Shown one piece after another: positions 10,703 to 20,225 of a stretch of DNA of 64,000 nucleotides. Origin of the DNA: an uncultured Candidatus Bathyarchaeia archaeon (GTDB taxonomy: Archaea; Thermoproteota; Bathyarchaeia; RBG-16-48-13; CAYPFQ01); assembly GCA_964410135.1 (NCBI GenBank), contig CAYPFQ010000001.1:22560-86559 (forward strand), in the 5' to 3' direction. The notes under the pieces are model-generated. The model had not been told where the DNA came from, did no database searches, and saw only the letters and a program-made list of their open reading frames with translations. The stretch's first letter is position 1, and every line of letters starts with the position of its first letter. Position numbers and translations under genes: made by a program.

Positions 10703-11162
10703 ATTTCTTTAGCTCGGGAATCTTCTTCTCAAGCGCCTGCTTCACTTCACTAGACAAACTATCCAGCAAGTCTTGTCCCTCTTTTGTGACGACCCTTCCT
10801 CGAGCAGTGGCTTGCTTTACGAGTCCAGCTGTTTCCAGCTGGTGCACTATTTTTCTGACAACAGTTCCGCTTCCTCTATGAAAATGTTCTGGGCCGCTTC
10901 TCTGCCCAGTTCTACCGCCATATGCAAGACGAAGTTTTGAAATGCCTATCGGCCCGTCGATGTAAATTTTGCGCAGAATAGAGGCAGCCCGAGTATACCA
11001 CCAATCCACATTTTCCGGAGGGCGTTCACGGTCGGACCCTGTCTTAGCAAACTTAACCCATGACGGTGGAGTGACTGCGCTAACATTCTTCTTCATGTAA
11101 TGTGCCAATTTTTCTATGAGCGCCTCAGCCTTCACATCGTAAACCGTTGGCATTAGTATCAC
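10695..11162 (-). CDS. rps19e: 30S ribosomal protein S19e
   Basis: 155 aa with S19e motifs (PPSWVKFAKTGSDRERPPENVDWWYTRAASILRKIY). Confidence 0.85.
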   Translation of the reverse strand: MILMPTVYDVKAEALIEKLAHYMKKNVSAVTPPSWVKFAKTGSDRERPPENVDWWYTRAASILRKIYIDGPIGISKLRLAYGGRTGQRSGPEHFHRGSGTVVRKIVHQLETAGLVKQATARGRVVTKEGQDLLDSLSSEVKQALEKKIPELKKYE

Positions 11163-11223
11163 TTCAATAAGACTTTCCTCACCTATCAGTAAGGCACCTT
11201 ATAAAGTCTTTTTAAATAATCCC

Positions 11224-11547
11224 TCAACCTCGATCTCCGAGCGGGATCCGCATTATTCCTCCGCACTCTAGACATGTTATCGTCACATGAGGCATTCTAC
11301 GCTGTCGGATCCGTACGCGGCAGTTCACGCTGGGAAGAATAAAGCTTTTGCAATGTCTGCAAACTAGCCTCCTATATTCTACTGGGATTCGAACCTTGTG
11401 GCGCATCCCTATCTCACGGGCAAGGGTGGCATACCGCTTAGCTAATGCAGGATTCTTTGAGAAGGTTTTTTTTGCATACTCGAACAGTAATTCCATTCTT
11501 TCACGAGCAATTTTCTCCTCGCTCGTCGCTCTCCGCCGAGCAGTCAT
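11224..11547 (-). CDS. rnp4: RNase P protein subunit Rpp21 (Rnp4)
   Basis: 107 aa with a helical N-terminus and a C-terminal Zn-ribbon (CRHC...CLEC), the Rpr2/Rpp21 pattern. Confidence 0.75.
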   Translation of the reverse strand: MTARRRATSEEKIARERMELLFEYAKKTFSKNPALAKRYATLAREIGMRHKVRIPVEYRRLVCRHCKSFILPSVNCRVRIRQRRMPHVTITCLECGGIMRIPLGDRG

Positions 11548-11554
11548 CCACAGG

Positions 11555-12157
11555 TCACTTCTTTAATCCAACATTAAATTTCCGAAAGACCGCGACAATC
11601 GCAAGGAACAGCGTTACCGCAATTAAGCTTACGAGAAATGGGGTGAGCCTAATCCCCCATGGGGTGAAGTTTAACACGAGCAATATTAAGGGGCTTATTG
11701 CGAGGCTCAGCCCAATGCTTAGCGCTATCTTCTCAATGTCATCAAGCTCACCCTTTGAAGGATACAATGCTTCTACAAGGCAGTACCCTGGAATATAGAG
11801 AACTAGCAATGCACCGAAGATCCATCTGAAAACCATTAGACTTACATGGGCAGTCTCTGCAATTACCATAACTAGCATGGCTGTTAGAAACACTAAAAAT
11901 ATAACTATCCAGAACCATCTGCACCAGCGGGATACCAAAAATCTGAGTAATTCTTTTGGTTGAGGCACCGGTTCTTCAAGAACAATTTTCCCAGCGTCAC
12001 GAAGTTGGAGGACATGTGCTACGATCGTTTCCTTCGGAGCCCTGCTCTGTTTTTGAACGATTTCCACAAGCGCCTCTACATTGGCGGGCCGCTTAGTCTT
12101 GACAGTTTTAACTATCAATTCGTTGATGCTTGCCTGTCTTCCTCGTCGACTTACCAT
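11555..12157 (-). CDS. membrane protein with N-terminal winged-helix-like segment (DUF1616-like)
   Basis: 200 aa. A soluble N-terminal ~60 aa segment is followed by 4 predicted TM helices. No catalytic motif is visible. Confidence 0.4.
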   Translation of the reverse strand: MVSRRGRQASINELIVKTVKTKRPANVEALVEIVQKQSRAPKETIVAHVLQLRDAGKIVLEEPVPQPKELLRFLVSRWCRWFWIVIFLVFLTAMLVMVIAETAHVSLMVFRWIFGALLVLYIPGYCLVEALYPSKGELDDIEKIALSIGLSLAISPLILLVLNFTPWGIRLTPFLVSLIAVTLFLAIVAVFRKFNVGLKK

Positions 12158-12245
12158 AGTGTTTCCTTTGCCCTATGGAAGTTTAAATCAATTTTTAAAT
12201 ACTCATTAAATCTCTCTGCAAATAGACTTTTTCTATGCAACAGGG

Positions 12246-12968
12246 ATGATTATGCTTATCCTCATAATTGCCGAGTCAGCGTTAGAGATGGTGCCAAAAA
12301 GCATATGGGATGATCCAGCTATTCAAAGAGACGTTAAGAGAAGAGGGAAAAGTCCTAGCAAAATCCTGTTAGATAGATCGTACCATCACTCAGCGATGAT
12401 TAAACTAAAAAATTCGGGAAAACGTGGAAGGCCCGACATCGTACACTTCACCTTACTTGAGGCGTTAGGATCCCCATTAAACAAAGAGGGATTTCTTCAA
12501 ACCTATGTGCACACCATTGACGACCATGTAATAGATGTGGACCCACAAGCCCGACTGCCCAGAAACTACAACCGATTTGTGGGGCTAATGGAACAGTTAT
12601 TCGAACTCGGCAAAATCCCGCCAACTGGAAAACCCCTCATGATGATAAGAAAGCAGTCAATCGCCCAGCTCCTCACTGAATTAAAGCCAACATATACGAT
12701 TGCCTTCACCCGGCTGGGCAAACTTATGCAACTGGACGAAGCCGTGGCTAAGCTGGTCAAAGAAGAGAAGCCTATAGCAATTGTAGGCGGTTTTCCAAGA
12801 GGTCATTTTGCTGGTGAGCTATTGAAACTTGTAGATGAAACTGTATGTTTCGATCCAGAAATGCTTGATACGTGGACAGTAACATCGCGATTGATCAATG
12901 AGTATGAAAAAGCCATCGGACTGCCTGCTAAACGACTCGCAAAAACCTCTTATCAAAGCAAACAATAA
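12246..12968 (+). CDS. nep1: ribosomal RNA small-subunit pseudouridine methyltransferase Nep1 (Emg1)
   Basis: 240 aa with a SPOUT fold. The LIIAESALEMVP and RGRPDIVHFTLL motifs are characteristic of Nep1. Confidence 0.8.
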   Translation: MIMLILIIAESALEMVPKSIWDDPAIQRDVKRRGKSPSKILLDRSYHHSAMIKLKNSGKRGRPDIVHFTLLEALGSPLNKEGFLQTYVHTIDDHVIDVDPQARLPRNYNRFVGLMEQLFELGKIPPTGKPLMMIRKQSIAQLLTELKPTYTIAFTRLGKLMQLDEAVAKLVKEEKPIAIVGGFPRGHFAGELLKLVDETVCFDPEMLDTWTVTSRLINEYEKAIGLPAKRLAKTSYQSKQ

Positions 12969-13003
12969 AGGACTGGATTACATCTTGCCTACGGTAGAGA
13001 AAC

Positions 13004-13636
13004 TTGATTCCGCTAAGAGATGAAAACCCTTCTAGAACAACCCCCTTTGTCACTAGGATTATAATTTTGGTTAACATACTGGTCTATGTTTTCATGTGGA
13101 TCACTAGGTCAATGGACGCGATGACCCTTGCTTACGGCATGAGGCCTGCCTTAATTCTTCAAGGTAAGCAGCTTTACACTTTGCTCACATCGATGTTTAT
13201 ACATGGCGGAATCGTTCACATCGGAGGAAACATGCTTTATCTCTTTATTTTCGGCGACAATGTGGAAGATGCGTTTGGGCATCTAAGGTTTCTATTGTTC
13301 TATGGTTTCTGCGGGCTAATCGCAGATTTGACCCATGTGGCAACTACCAATGATCTCATGATTCCAACTATAGGAGCGTCAGGAGCCATTTCAGGAGTCT
13401 TAGGCGCATACTTCATCCTTTACCCCCGAGCTAGAGTTCTAACACTTATAATCGCGGGATGGATCTTCATGACTAGAATCCCAGCAATATTGCTCTTAGG
13501 CTTCTGGTTTATACTTCAACTCTTCTCAGGTATGCTAACTTTGACAGCGGAAATTTCAAGCGGAGTAGCATACTGGGCGCACATCGGAGGCTTCGCAGCC
13601 GGCATGATAATAGCACTAATCTTCAGAAGACTGTGA
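13004..13636 (+). CDS. rhomboid family intramembrane serine protease
   Basis: 210 aa polytopic protein with the catalytic GASGAISGVLGAYF serine motif and a downstream AHIGGF histidine. Confidence 0.8.
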   Translation: MIPLRDENPSRTTPFVTRIIILVNILVYVFMWITRSMDAMTLAYGMRPALILQGKQLYTLLTSMFIHGGIVHIGGNMLYLFIFGDNVEDAFGHLRFLLFYGFCGLIADLTHVATTNDLMIPTIGASGAISGVLGAYFILYPRARVLTLIIAGWIFMTRIPAILLLGFWFILQLFSGMLTLTAEISSGVAYWAHIGGFAAGMIIALIFRRL

Positions 13637-13657
13637 GCTTAAGAATATGCCATTAAA

Positions 13658-13755
13658 TGGTGCGGTCGCCGGGATTTGAACCCGGGTTAGGAGCTTGGAG
13701 GGTTCAGGCAGTTTTCAACTGTCTCCTGTCCTAGACCAGTCTAGACCACGACCGC
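13658..13755 (-). tRNA. intron-containing tRNA, probably tRNA-Trp(CCA); CCA encoded; ~22-nt intron apparently 5' of the anticodon (non-canonical position)
   Basis: The minus-strand reads GCGGTCG...TTCAAAT...CGACCGC-A-CCA. The acceptor has 7 perfect base pairs, the T-arm is CCGGG/TTCAAAT/CCCGG, and the D-loop contains GG. Only one anticodon loop fits, CTCCAAG adjacent to the 3' stem strand CTCCT pairing with AGGAG. That leaves about 22 extra nt (hairpin CAGTTGAAAACTG) upstream of the loop. Exact splice sites are unresolved. Confidence 0.6.
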
Positions 13756-13798
13756 TGCATTTCTCCAAATACAATCGGATAGATAATTATTATGAGAG

Positions 13799-14215
13799 TT
13801 AGGATTTTCGTTTGCTTAAAAGCTTCTCAATTTGGGATAGATGGCGGGCAGTTTTCACAGCCTCAGGAGATACCTTGACTAATTCGTCGTGTTCAACAAT
13901 ATAGTGCGTAACTCTCACCTTCGACTTGGTCATGTTTTTCGCTTGTTGTACAGCTAAGTGAAGTTGAACGCAGTGGGGAGATCCGTCTATGGTTAGGACG
14001 CTTATTTCTTTAGGCTTCGAAGCCATGAGTATGGTGGCTAATTTGAATCCCACTTTGTCCATATGTTCCTTCTCTAGGCAAACTTGAAGCGGAACCCGCC
14101 CCTTGCTGAATTCTTCGAAGACTCGCGGGGCTTCTATAGGCACGCAGCTTCCGTGCAATAATATAGAGCCTCCCCGAAGCTTCGCATGGTTTACGTTTGT
14201 GCTCAACAGCTCCAT
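13799..14215 (-). CDS. hypothetical protein (138 aa, Cys/His-containing)
   Basis: Clean ORF with no domain I can name confidently. Confidence 0.3.
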   Translation of the reverse strand: MELLSTNVNHAKLRGGSILLHGSCVPIEAPRVFEEFSKGRVPLQVCLEKEHMDKVGFKLATILMASKPKEISVLTIDGSPHCVQLHLAVQQAKNMTKSKVRVTHYIVEHDELVKVSPEAVKTARHLSQIEKLLSKRKS

Positions 14216-14325
14216 AGTAGCACCCTAAAATGAACACAATAAACACAATAACGCAGTTGCTTTAAGTGTTGTTCTCAAAAAAGTATAGGCGTGCGCGTGC
14301 ATAATATGTTAGAGGATGGAAAAAG

Positions 14326-15516
14326 ATGAGTTGGCGGACTATTTCCGAGATCTCGAAAGATGTCTACTGGGTAGGAATCAGAGACTGGAACCGAAGACTT
14401 TTTGATGCTTTAATCACGCTTCCGAATGGAACAACCTATAACGCGTACCTGATAATTGGCGCGGAGAAAAAGGCATTAATTGACACAGCAAACCCAGGTT
14501 TTGAAAAGGAGTTGGAAGAAAAAATCAGTAAGGTCGTAAGTCCCGCCGACATCGATTATGTGATAATGAATCATGCCGAACCTGATCATGCGGGCTCCAT
14601 TCCATACATTATGTCAATAAATAGCAAAGCCAAACTGGTGACCACCAGCAAAGGCGCCGAAATGGCGCAAATATTCTACAAAGTGCCAGGAGAACGAATA
14701 AGAGTAGTTCATGACCAAGAAACCATAAATCTCGGCGGCAAGACTCTTCGCTTCATCGAAGCACCTATGTTGCATTGGCCTGAAACGATGTTTTCATACC
14801 TACAGGAAAATAAGATTCTTTTTTCATGTGATTTTTTTGGTTCGCATTTGGCGAAGGGACTCTACGATGACGAAGCAGAAGATCTGCTCAGTCACGCGCA
14901 GAGATATTTTGGCGAGATAATGATGCGGTTCAGAACCATGGGCCAAAATGCTTTGGAAAAGATAAAGAGTTTGGAAATTCAAATGATCGCGCCGAGTCAT
15001 GGACCGATACATAGGAACACTGACCGCATTCTTAAGGCGTACAGCCAATGGGTAAACGGAGAAACTAGACCAAAAGCCACTATCGCTTATGTGACTATGT
15101 GGAACAGCACAGAGAAAATGATTCGACCAATTGCCGAAACGCTAGCTTCTGAAGGCATCGAGATCGCAATGTATAATCTGTCTTTTTCTGACATAGGCGA
15201 TTTAGCGAAGGATCTCGTTGACTCGAGAGCCATTGTGTTGGGGGCGCCGACAGTGTTAGGTGGGGCGCATCCTCTAGCCGTTTACGCAAGTTACTTAGTC
15301 AAGGTGTTACGGCCACCGACAAAGTTTGGAGTTGTTTTAAGTTCTTATGGTTGGAGTGGAGGCGCGGTGAAGCATCTTCAGGAAATTCTTGGGCCCGCAA
15401 AGATTGAAGTTGTTGGAGCGGTTGAAATAAACGGTCCGCCAACTGAGAACGATGTCAATCAAATCATTGAATTAGGTAAGACTCTTGCTAGGAAGATAAA
15501 GGGAGAAGAGCATTGA
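14326..15516 (+). CDS. fprA: flavodiiron protein (FprA-type: metallo-beta-lactamase-like di-iron domain + flavodoxin domain)
   Basis: 396 aa. The di-iron ligand motif NHAEPDHAGS sits in the N-terminal half and a flavodoxin-like fold in the C-terminal half. Confidence 0.8.
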   Translation: MSWRTISEISKDVYWVGIRDWNRRLFDALITLPNGTTYNAYLIIGAEKKALIDTANPGFEKELEEKISKVVSPADIDYVIMNHAEPDHAGSIPYIMSINSKAKLVTTSKGAEMAQIFYKVPGERIRVVHDQETINLGGKTLRFIEAPMLHWPETMFSYLQENKILFSCDFFGSHLAKGLYDDEAEDLLSHAQRYFGEIMMRFRTMGQNALEKIKSLEIQMIAPSHGPIHRNTDRILKAYSQWVNGETRPKATIAYVTMWNSTEKMIRPIAETLASEGIEIAMYNLSFSDIGDLAKDLVDSRAIVLGAPTVLGGAHPLAVYASYLVKVLRPPTKFGVVLSSYGWSGGAVKHLQEILGPAKIEVVGAVEINGPPTENDVNQIIELGKTLARKIKGEEH

Positions 15517-15716
15517 GTGATTCGGCTGAGAATTATGCAAATAGGCTTTTTCGCAGTAAGAGACAAAAATGGAAAATGCTTGGAAACCATGGAAGTAACA
15601 CAAGACCTGACCGACATCAAGAAAATTGAGGACAGAAGAGGCTTCTAGACTGGGAAGCCTGATCCATTTTTCTAAAATCAAATAAGGCTTAATAGCCGAC
15701 TTCAGACGGTAAAAGC

Positions 15717-16490
15717 CTATTTTACGCAAATATGCATTGCAACTACTCCAAAAGCCATATGTTTGAATGATGCTTCTCGAAATCCAGCGCTTAACAGCAT
15801 TTCCGCAATCTCTTCTGCAGGAGGAAAATTCGCTGCCGACATTCCGAGGTGGCGGTAGGCGTTTTTGCATCCCGACATAAGTCCACCGACAAGGGGTACA
15901 ACTTTTCTGAGGTATAATTGATACAGAGTCCTCAAGGGGAACCATCTTGGCTGGCTGGTTTCGATGCATACGAACTTTCCTCCGGGGCGCAATACTCTTA
16001 GTACTTCTCTCACACAGGCTTTCGCTATGGGATTTCTATAGACAAGATTGCGGAAGGAGAAGGAGATACCTATTCGGTCAATACACTCGTTTTTAAAAGG
16101 GAGGTGAGCTGCATCCCCATGGATGAAATTTATGTTGTATGTACCCACCCCGATCTTTGCTTGCTTACTCCTGATTTGGGTTGGTTTTTTCCCCTTCGCT
16201 TCAGCCTTTTTATTTACCGCCTTATTTAGCATCACTTCGCTGAAGTCAAGTCCAATTACTTGCGCTCCTGGGGATGCGTGCTCTGAGATATGCAATGTAA
16301 GATCACCTGTTCCACAGCAGAGATCAAGTAAAACACCGCTAGACGCGCATTCTTTAGCACAAGACTCACGCCAAAGCTCGTCAAGTCCCAAGCTCAGTAG
16401 GCGATTGAGCAGATCGTACTTTTCCACTACGCTGGTAAACATCCGCTGGAGCGGTGTTTGAGTACGTTCCTCCATGTTTGTTACCCCCAA
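15717..16490 (-). CDS. SAM-dependent methyltransferase, UbiE/MenG family
   Basis: 257 aa with the N-terminal YDLLNRLLSLGLDELWR signature of the UbiE family and the SAM motif LDLCCGTGD. Confidence 0.7.
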   Translation of the reverse strand: MGVTNMEERTQTPLQRMFTSVVEKYDLLNRLLSLGLDELWRESCAKECASSGVLLDLCCGTGDLTLHISEHASPGAQVIGLDFSEVMLNKAVNKKAEAKGKKPTQIRSKQAKIGVGTYNINFIHGDAAHLPFKNECIDRIGISFSFRNLVYRNPIAKACVREVLRVLRPGGKFVCIETSQPRWFPLRTLYQLYLRKVVPLVGGLMSGCKNAYRHLGMSAANFPPAEEIAEMLLSAGFREASFKHMAFGVVAMHICVK

Positions 16491-16597
16491 TCGTATGCCA
16501 AAAGCGTCTGCTATTAATGATCCGAGGACGCGAACAAAGGTATGAGGCCAACCCGTGCGCTTTAGCCGAATGCTTCACAGTATAGGAAGGCGTAGCA

Positions 16598-17371
16598 CTA
16601 TGAAAATTTCCTTGGTTTAACTGGCACTCTAAACAGCGCGACTGTTGCCGCCAGAATGACGAAGAGGATTATCTGAGCGGCTGGGAATTCTGGGATTACG
16701 ACGCTTGAGATCGATATGTTTCCCCAGTCGTTTGGAATTGACTCTGATGCCATTGGCCAAGTCAGTTGGTTAACTGGAACATTATCGTATACTACAACGT
16801 AGAATCCAATGTTGGTGGCGTTGAGAACTCTCAGCGGTATTTGAAACTCGTAGATTACGTGCGATACGGTTGAATATGGGTCGTCTACAGCGTTAACTGA
16901 AGTACGTCCTTCAAATTCGGATGGGATTGTGGGTTCCCAGCCGCCCCACGTACCTCCGCCACCTGCTGCGTAAAGTGTGTTAAACATTGTGGGACCCCCC
17001 CATCTTTCCAGTAGGATGAAGTCGTCTGCCTGAGGGGCTGCGCCGCCATCATGTTTGCCATCCACATATAGCGCGCAGTAGTCTCCCCCCTCTCCGCTCA
17101 CGTCAGAGAGAACATCGACTAAGATGTAAAGGTGGTTGGGATCATGTTTTGTCCGCATGTATGCTACGCCCGAACCTTGGACAACTAACAGTTTAACTTC
17201 CGCCGCATCCGCCCACTCAGTGGAGTTCGTCCACTTTCCATCTACAGTAACAGGGTTTATGGCTAGGTATGCGGTTGTAGTAGGGCCTGATCCTGCTTTA
17301 ACTATGTTTGTTGGAAATACTGTTAGACAGAGAAGAGTAATTGTGGCGATTACCAAACCAAGTCTTTCCAA
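16598..17371 (-). CDS. secreted surface protein with signal peptide and PEF-CTERM-like sorting tail
   Basis: 257 aa. The N-terminal signal peptide is MERLGLVIATITLLCLTVFPTNIVKAG. The C-terminus is IPEFPAAQIILFVILAATVALFRVPVKPRKFS, a PEF tripeptide followed by a TM helix and a basic tail, which is the archaeosortase-target architecture. Confidence 0.5.
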   Translation of the reverse strand: MERLGLVIATITLLCLTVFPTNIVKAGSGPTTTAYLAINPVTVDGKWTNSTEWADAAEVKLLVVQGSGVAYMRTKHDPNHLYILVDVLSDVSGEGGDYCALYVDGKHDGGAAPQADDFILLERWGGPTMFNTLYAAGGGGTWGGWEPTIPSEFEGRTSVNAVDDPYSTVSHVIYEFQIPLRVLNATNIGFYVVVYDNVPVNQLTWPMASESIPNDWGNISISSVVIPEFPAAQIILFVILAATVALFRVPVKPRKFS

Positions 17372-17454
17372 TTTTTCGTCTCCATCATTGGATTAGTAAA
17401 CTTTAGATTTTGATTTATGCGTTGCTATGGCTTGAGTCTTTTGTCATGCGAACA

Positions 17455-18066
17455 TTAAATCAAAGGGATATTGGATTCAAGCAACTTCCAAGCTGGAAGC
17501 AACTTCAGAGTGCTGGCGTCGCATTTTATGCTTTTAGGCTTGGCGTTTTTGTTCGCCTCTCTTTTGATGAGATCAAGTTTCACTGTTTTGCCTAGGGCAT
17601 AATTACCTATCATTAGGTCTGATGGTACTACTCGATGGCATGGGATTAATAGTAAAAACGGATTGGTGGCGACGGATTTGGCCACTGCGCGGGCTGCCCT
17701 GCCTCCGCCCACAGCCTTTGCGAGTTCGCTGTAAGTTGTAACGTATCCACATGGAATACGTGAAACTATATTTAAGACTCTTTGAGTAAAGCGGGGGAGC
17801 TCATTTAGTGCCAGAATAAAGCTTGGCTTCGCTGGCTTGCCCTCTAACAGATTTTCTAGCGTATCCACAACTTTCTTAGCAAAATCTAAATGACTATTCT
17901 TAAGGTCTCCGGTAACGGTTGCGCCAAGTGATAAACGCGCTAAAAGGAGTTGTAATGCTTCGGCTCTGTTTTTGACCGAAAACGTTGTGCCAAAAATTCT
18001 CAAGTTATCATCAAATGCTGTGGAAAACCAGGCCGATGCTCTATTCTCAGAATAAACAAATACCAT
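17455..18066 (-). CDS. ogt: methylated-DNA--protein-cysteine methyltransferase (Ogt/MGMT)
   Basis: 203 aa with the active-site motif IPCHRVV and a helix-turn-helix upstream of it. Confidence 0.8.
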   Translation of the reverse strand: MVFVYSENRASAWFSTAFDDNLRIFGTTFSVKNRAEALQLLLARLSLGATVTGDLKNSHLDFAKKVVDTLENLLEGKPAKPSFILALNELPRFTQRVLNIVSRIPCGYVTTYSELAKAVGGGRAARAVAKSVATNPFLLLIPCHRVVPSDLMIGNYALGKTVKLDLIKREANKNAKPKSIKCDASTLKLLPAWKLLESNIPLI

Positions 18067-18134
18067 TTAAGCGACCTGCTCGGTATCTTAACTTACAATT
18101 TTAAAGCCTTCTTGTATTTAGAGAAATTGAGAAA

Positions 18135-19232
18135 ATGGAGGTAAACCGTATCTCGGAAATTGCTATTGACGGAAGTTATGGGGAAGGCGGGGGACAGATT
18201 CTACGTGTTTCAATATCTCTCTCCGCCGTAACTGGAAAGCCAGTTAGAATTTATAATATCCGAGCGAAGCGTTCTCCCTCTGGTCTGCGAACCCAACATG
18301 CAACTGCAGTAAAGGCAGTGGCGCAGGTCGAGGATGCCGAAGTCAGAGGATTGAAGGTCGGGTCCTCGGAGGTTAGTTTCTATCCGAAATCTCCGAAGGC
18401 TGGAGATCTCATTTTTGATGCTGGAACCGCTGCTAGCACAACTTTGATTCTTCAGAGCTTGATGCCTGCGATGGCGTTTTCCCCTGGTAGAGTTTCTGTT
18501 GAAGTTCGGGGCGGGACAAATGCGCCTTGGGCTCCTGCCGTTGACTATCTCCAAGGAGTTCTGCTTCCTATGCTCAGCAAAATGGGTTTGAAGGGGAATG
18601 TAACGCTCATTTGCAGAGGCTTCTATCCGCGGGGCGGAGGCGTGGTTAAGGCTTCTGTAGAACCCGTGAAAAAACTCCAGCCAATTGTACTGACCGACTT
18701 CGGCGAGGTTAAGCGGATCAGCGGGCTCTCATATAGCTCGAGGTTGCCTTCTCACGTGGTTGAGCGGATGGCTAGGAGCGCGGAACAAGCTCTCAAAGAG
18801 AAGGGTTACGGGAACATTTCGATTGGGTTAGAGAATCTTCAAGCCGGATACTCTAAATGCGCGATTGATGTGGGCTGCGGAATCATCTTGTTTGCAGAGC
18901 TCTCCTCAGGCGCTATTGTTGGGAGTGATAGCTTGGGAACGTTAGGGAAACCCGCAGAAAAAGTTGGAAGAGAAGCTGCAATGAGACTCCTAGCCCAGCT
19001 GAGGACAAAGGCTCCTGTGGATAGGCATCTGGGCGATCAGCTAATCGTCTACATGGCGCTGGCAGACGGGTATTCGAAGATTCGAGTGAGCGAGTTGACC
19101 TTGCACACAATCACCTGCATTCATGTTTCTGAGAAAATAGTTGGGGCAAAATTTGAGGTAGACGGTGAACAGGGTAAACCAGCTACAATCGCCTGTAATG
19201 GAATAGGGCTGGTTAACTGCTCCCTAAGCTAG
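18135..19232 (+). CDS. rtcA: RNA 3'-terminal phosphate cyclase
   Basis: 365 aa. The N-terminal IDGSYGEGGGQILRVSISLSAVTGKPVRI and overall length match RtcA. Confidence 0.85.
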   Translation: MEVNRISEIAIDGSYGEGGGQILRVSISLSAVTGKPVRIYNIRAKRSPSGLRTQHATAVKAVAQVEDAEVRGLKVGSSEVSFYPKSPKAGDLIFDAGTAASTTLILQSLMPAMAFSPGRVSVEVRGGTNAPWAPAVDYLQGVLLPMLSKMGLKGNVTLICRGFYPRGGGVVKASVEPVKKLQPIVLTDFGEVKRISGLSYSSRLPSHVVERMARSAEQALKEKGYGNISIGLENLQAGYSKCAIDVGCGIILFAELSSGAIVGSDSLGTLGKPAEKVGREAAMRLLAQLRTKAPVDRHLGDQLIVYMALADGYSKIRVSELTLHTITCIHVSEKIVGAKFEVDGEQGKPATIACNGIGLVNCSLS

Positions 19233-20225
19233 TGCTAGTTTTAATGCTGTCTCGAAGATTTCTTCGGTCCCCTTCTTCTGTGAACTAACCGCCTCAAACA
19301 AATCTCCGCTCAAGCCTTTTTTGGCTTCTTCAACCTGTGACTGGCTGGCGATATCCATCTTATTCAGGACTTTGAGTATGGGCACATCCTTAAACTCGCC
19401 TAGGATTTCTCTATAGAGGTTTACCTGGCTATTGAGGGGGTAGCCGCAGGTTTCCGAGGGATCCACCATAAATACGATGGCATCTGCCAAGTGTTTTAGG
19501 GCTGTGATTGCCTGTAACTCCATTTTATTTCGTTCGCTTAGGGGTCTGTCCAGCAGTCCCGGGGTGTCAATAATTTGGCATCTTCCATGCACTGTATCTC
19601 TATGCCCCACTATGACCTCCTTTGTAGTGAAGGGATAGGCAGCTACTCTGGGCTTAGCCGTTGAGACTGCCTTCACAAAGGTGCTCTTTCCCACGTTGGC
19701 ATAGCCTGCGACAACAATTGTAGCCATTTCAGGGTCGATTGAGGGGAGTTCCACTAGCTTCTCACGGGCTTCCTGTAGAAAATCAAGCTCGCCTGAAATC
19801 TGTTTAATAATTGAGGCTATTCTGCCGTAGGCTTCTCTTCTAATGTTAGCTGCGGCGGTTATTGTTTTTGCTCCACGCATCCCCCAAATACATTGGTCAG
19901 CTATCTCACCTATCTTTTCAGCCGCCCATTTTAATGCCCCGAGACTTTTCTTAAGCCTATCCACTCCAACTAGGACATCGGCTAACTCACGGTAAAACGG
20001 ATGAAGGTCTCCAAGCATGGGCATATCCTCGACCGTCCTCATAAGGCGGTCTACTAAGACATGTTTCACAGAAGTGATGCGCGCTGTCTCCTTTCGCTTA
20101 ACCTTTACAATGGTTGGAACACGCTTAGCAACCTTAACTTCGACCTTAGAAGCACGGCTGAACGCCAGATCAATCAGCTCATCAGCAGACATGACAGTTC
20201 GAACATCTGAAAAAGGCTGTCTCAA
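19224..20225 (-). CDS. nog1: NOG1-family GTP-binding protein
   Basis: 333 aa with the G motifs AGYANVGKST and DTPG in a NOG1-type arrangement, plus an N-terminal NOG1 N domain. Confidence 0.8.
   Translation of the reverse strand: MRQPFSDVRTVMSADELIDLAFSRASKVEVKVAKRVPTIVKVKRKETARITSVKHVLVDRLMRTVEDMPMLGDLHPFYRELADVLVGVDRLKKSLGALKWAAEKIGEIADQCIWGMRGAKTITAAANIRREAYGRIASIIKQISGELDFLQEAREKLVELPSIDPEMATIVVAGYANVGKSTFVKAVSTAKPRVAAYPFTTKEVIVGHRDTVHGRCQIIDTPGLLDRPLSERNKMELQAITALKHLADAIVFMVDPSETCGYPLNSQVNLYREILGEFKDVPILKVLNKMDIASQSQVEEAKKGLSGDLFEAVSSQKKGTEEIFETALKLALA

Noticed and set aside
14010-14246. 78-aa ORF overlapping the 138-aa hypothetical gene in another frame
   Set aside because: It lies entirely inside the longer ORF region, has an Arg/Ser/Gly-rich composition and no signals. 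It is most likely a shadow ORF.
15535-15648. 37-codon ORF (MQIGFFAVRDKNGKCLETMEVTQDLTDIKKIEDRRGF) downstream of the flavodiiron gene
   Set aside because: There is no Shine-Dalgarno or TATA signal, no recognisable motif, and the length is within random expectation for this AT content. I cannot support it as a gene.
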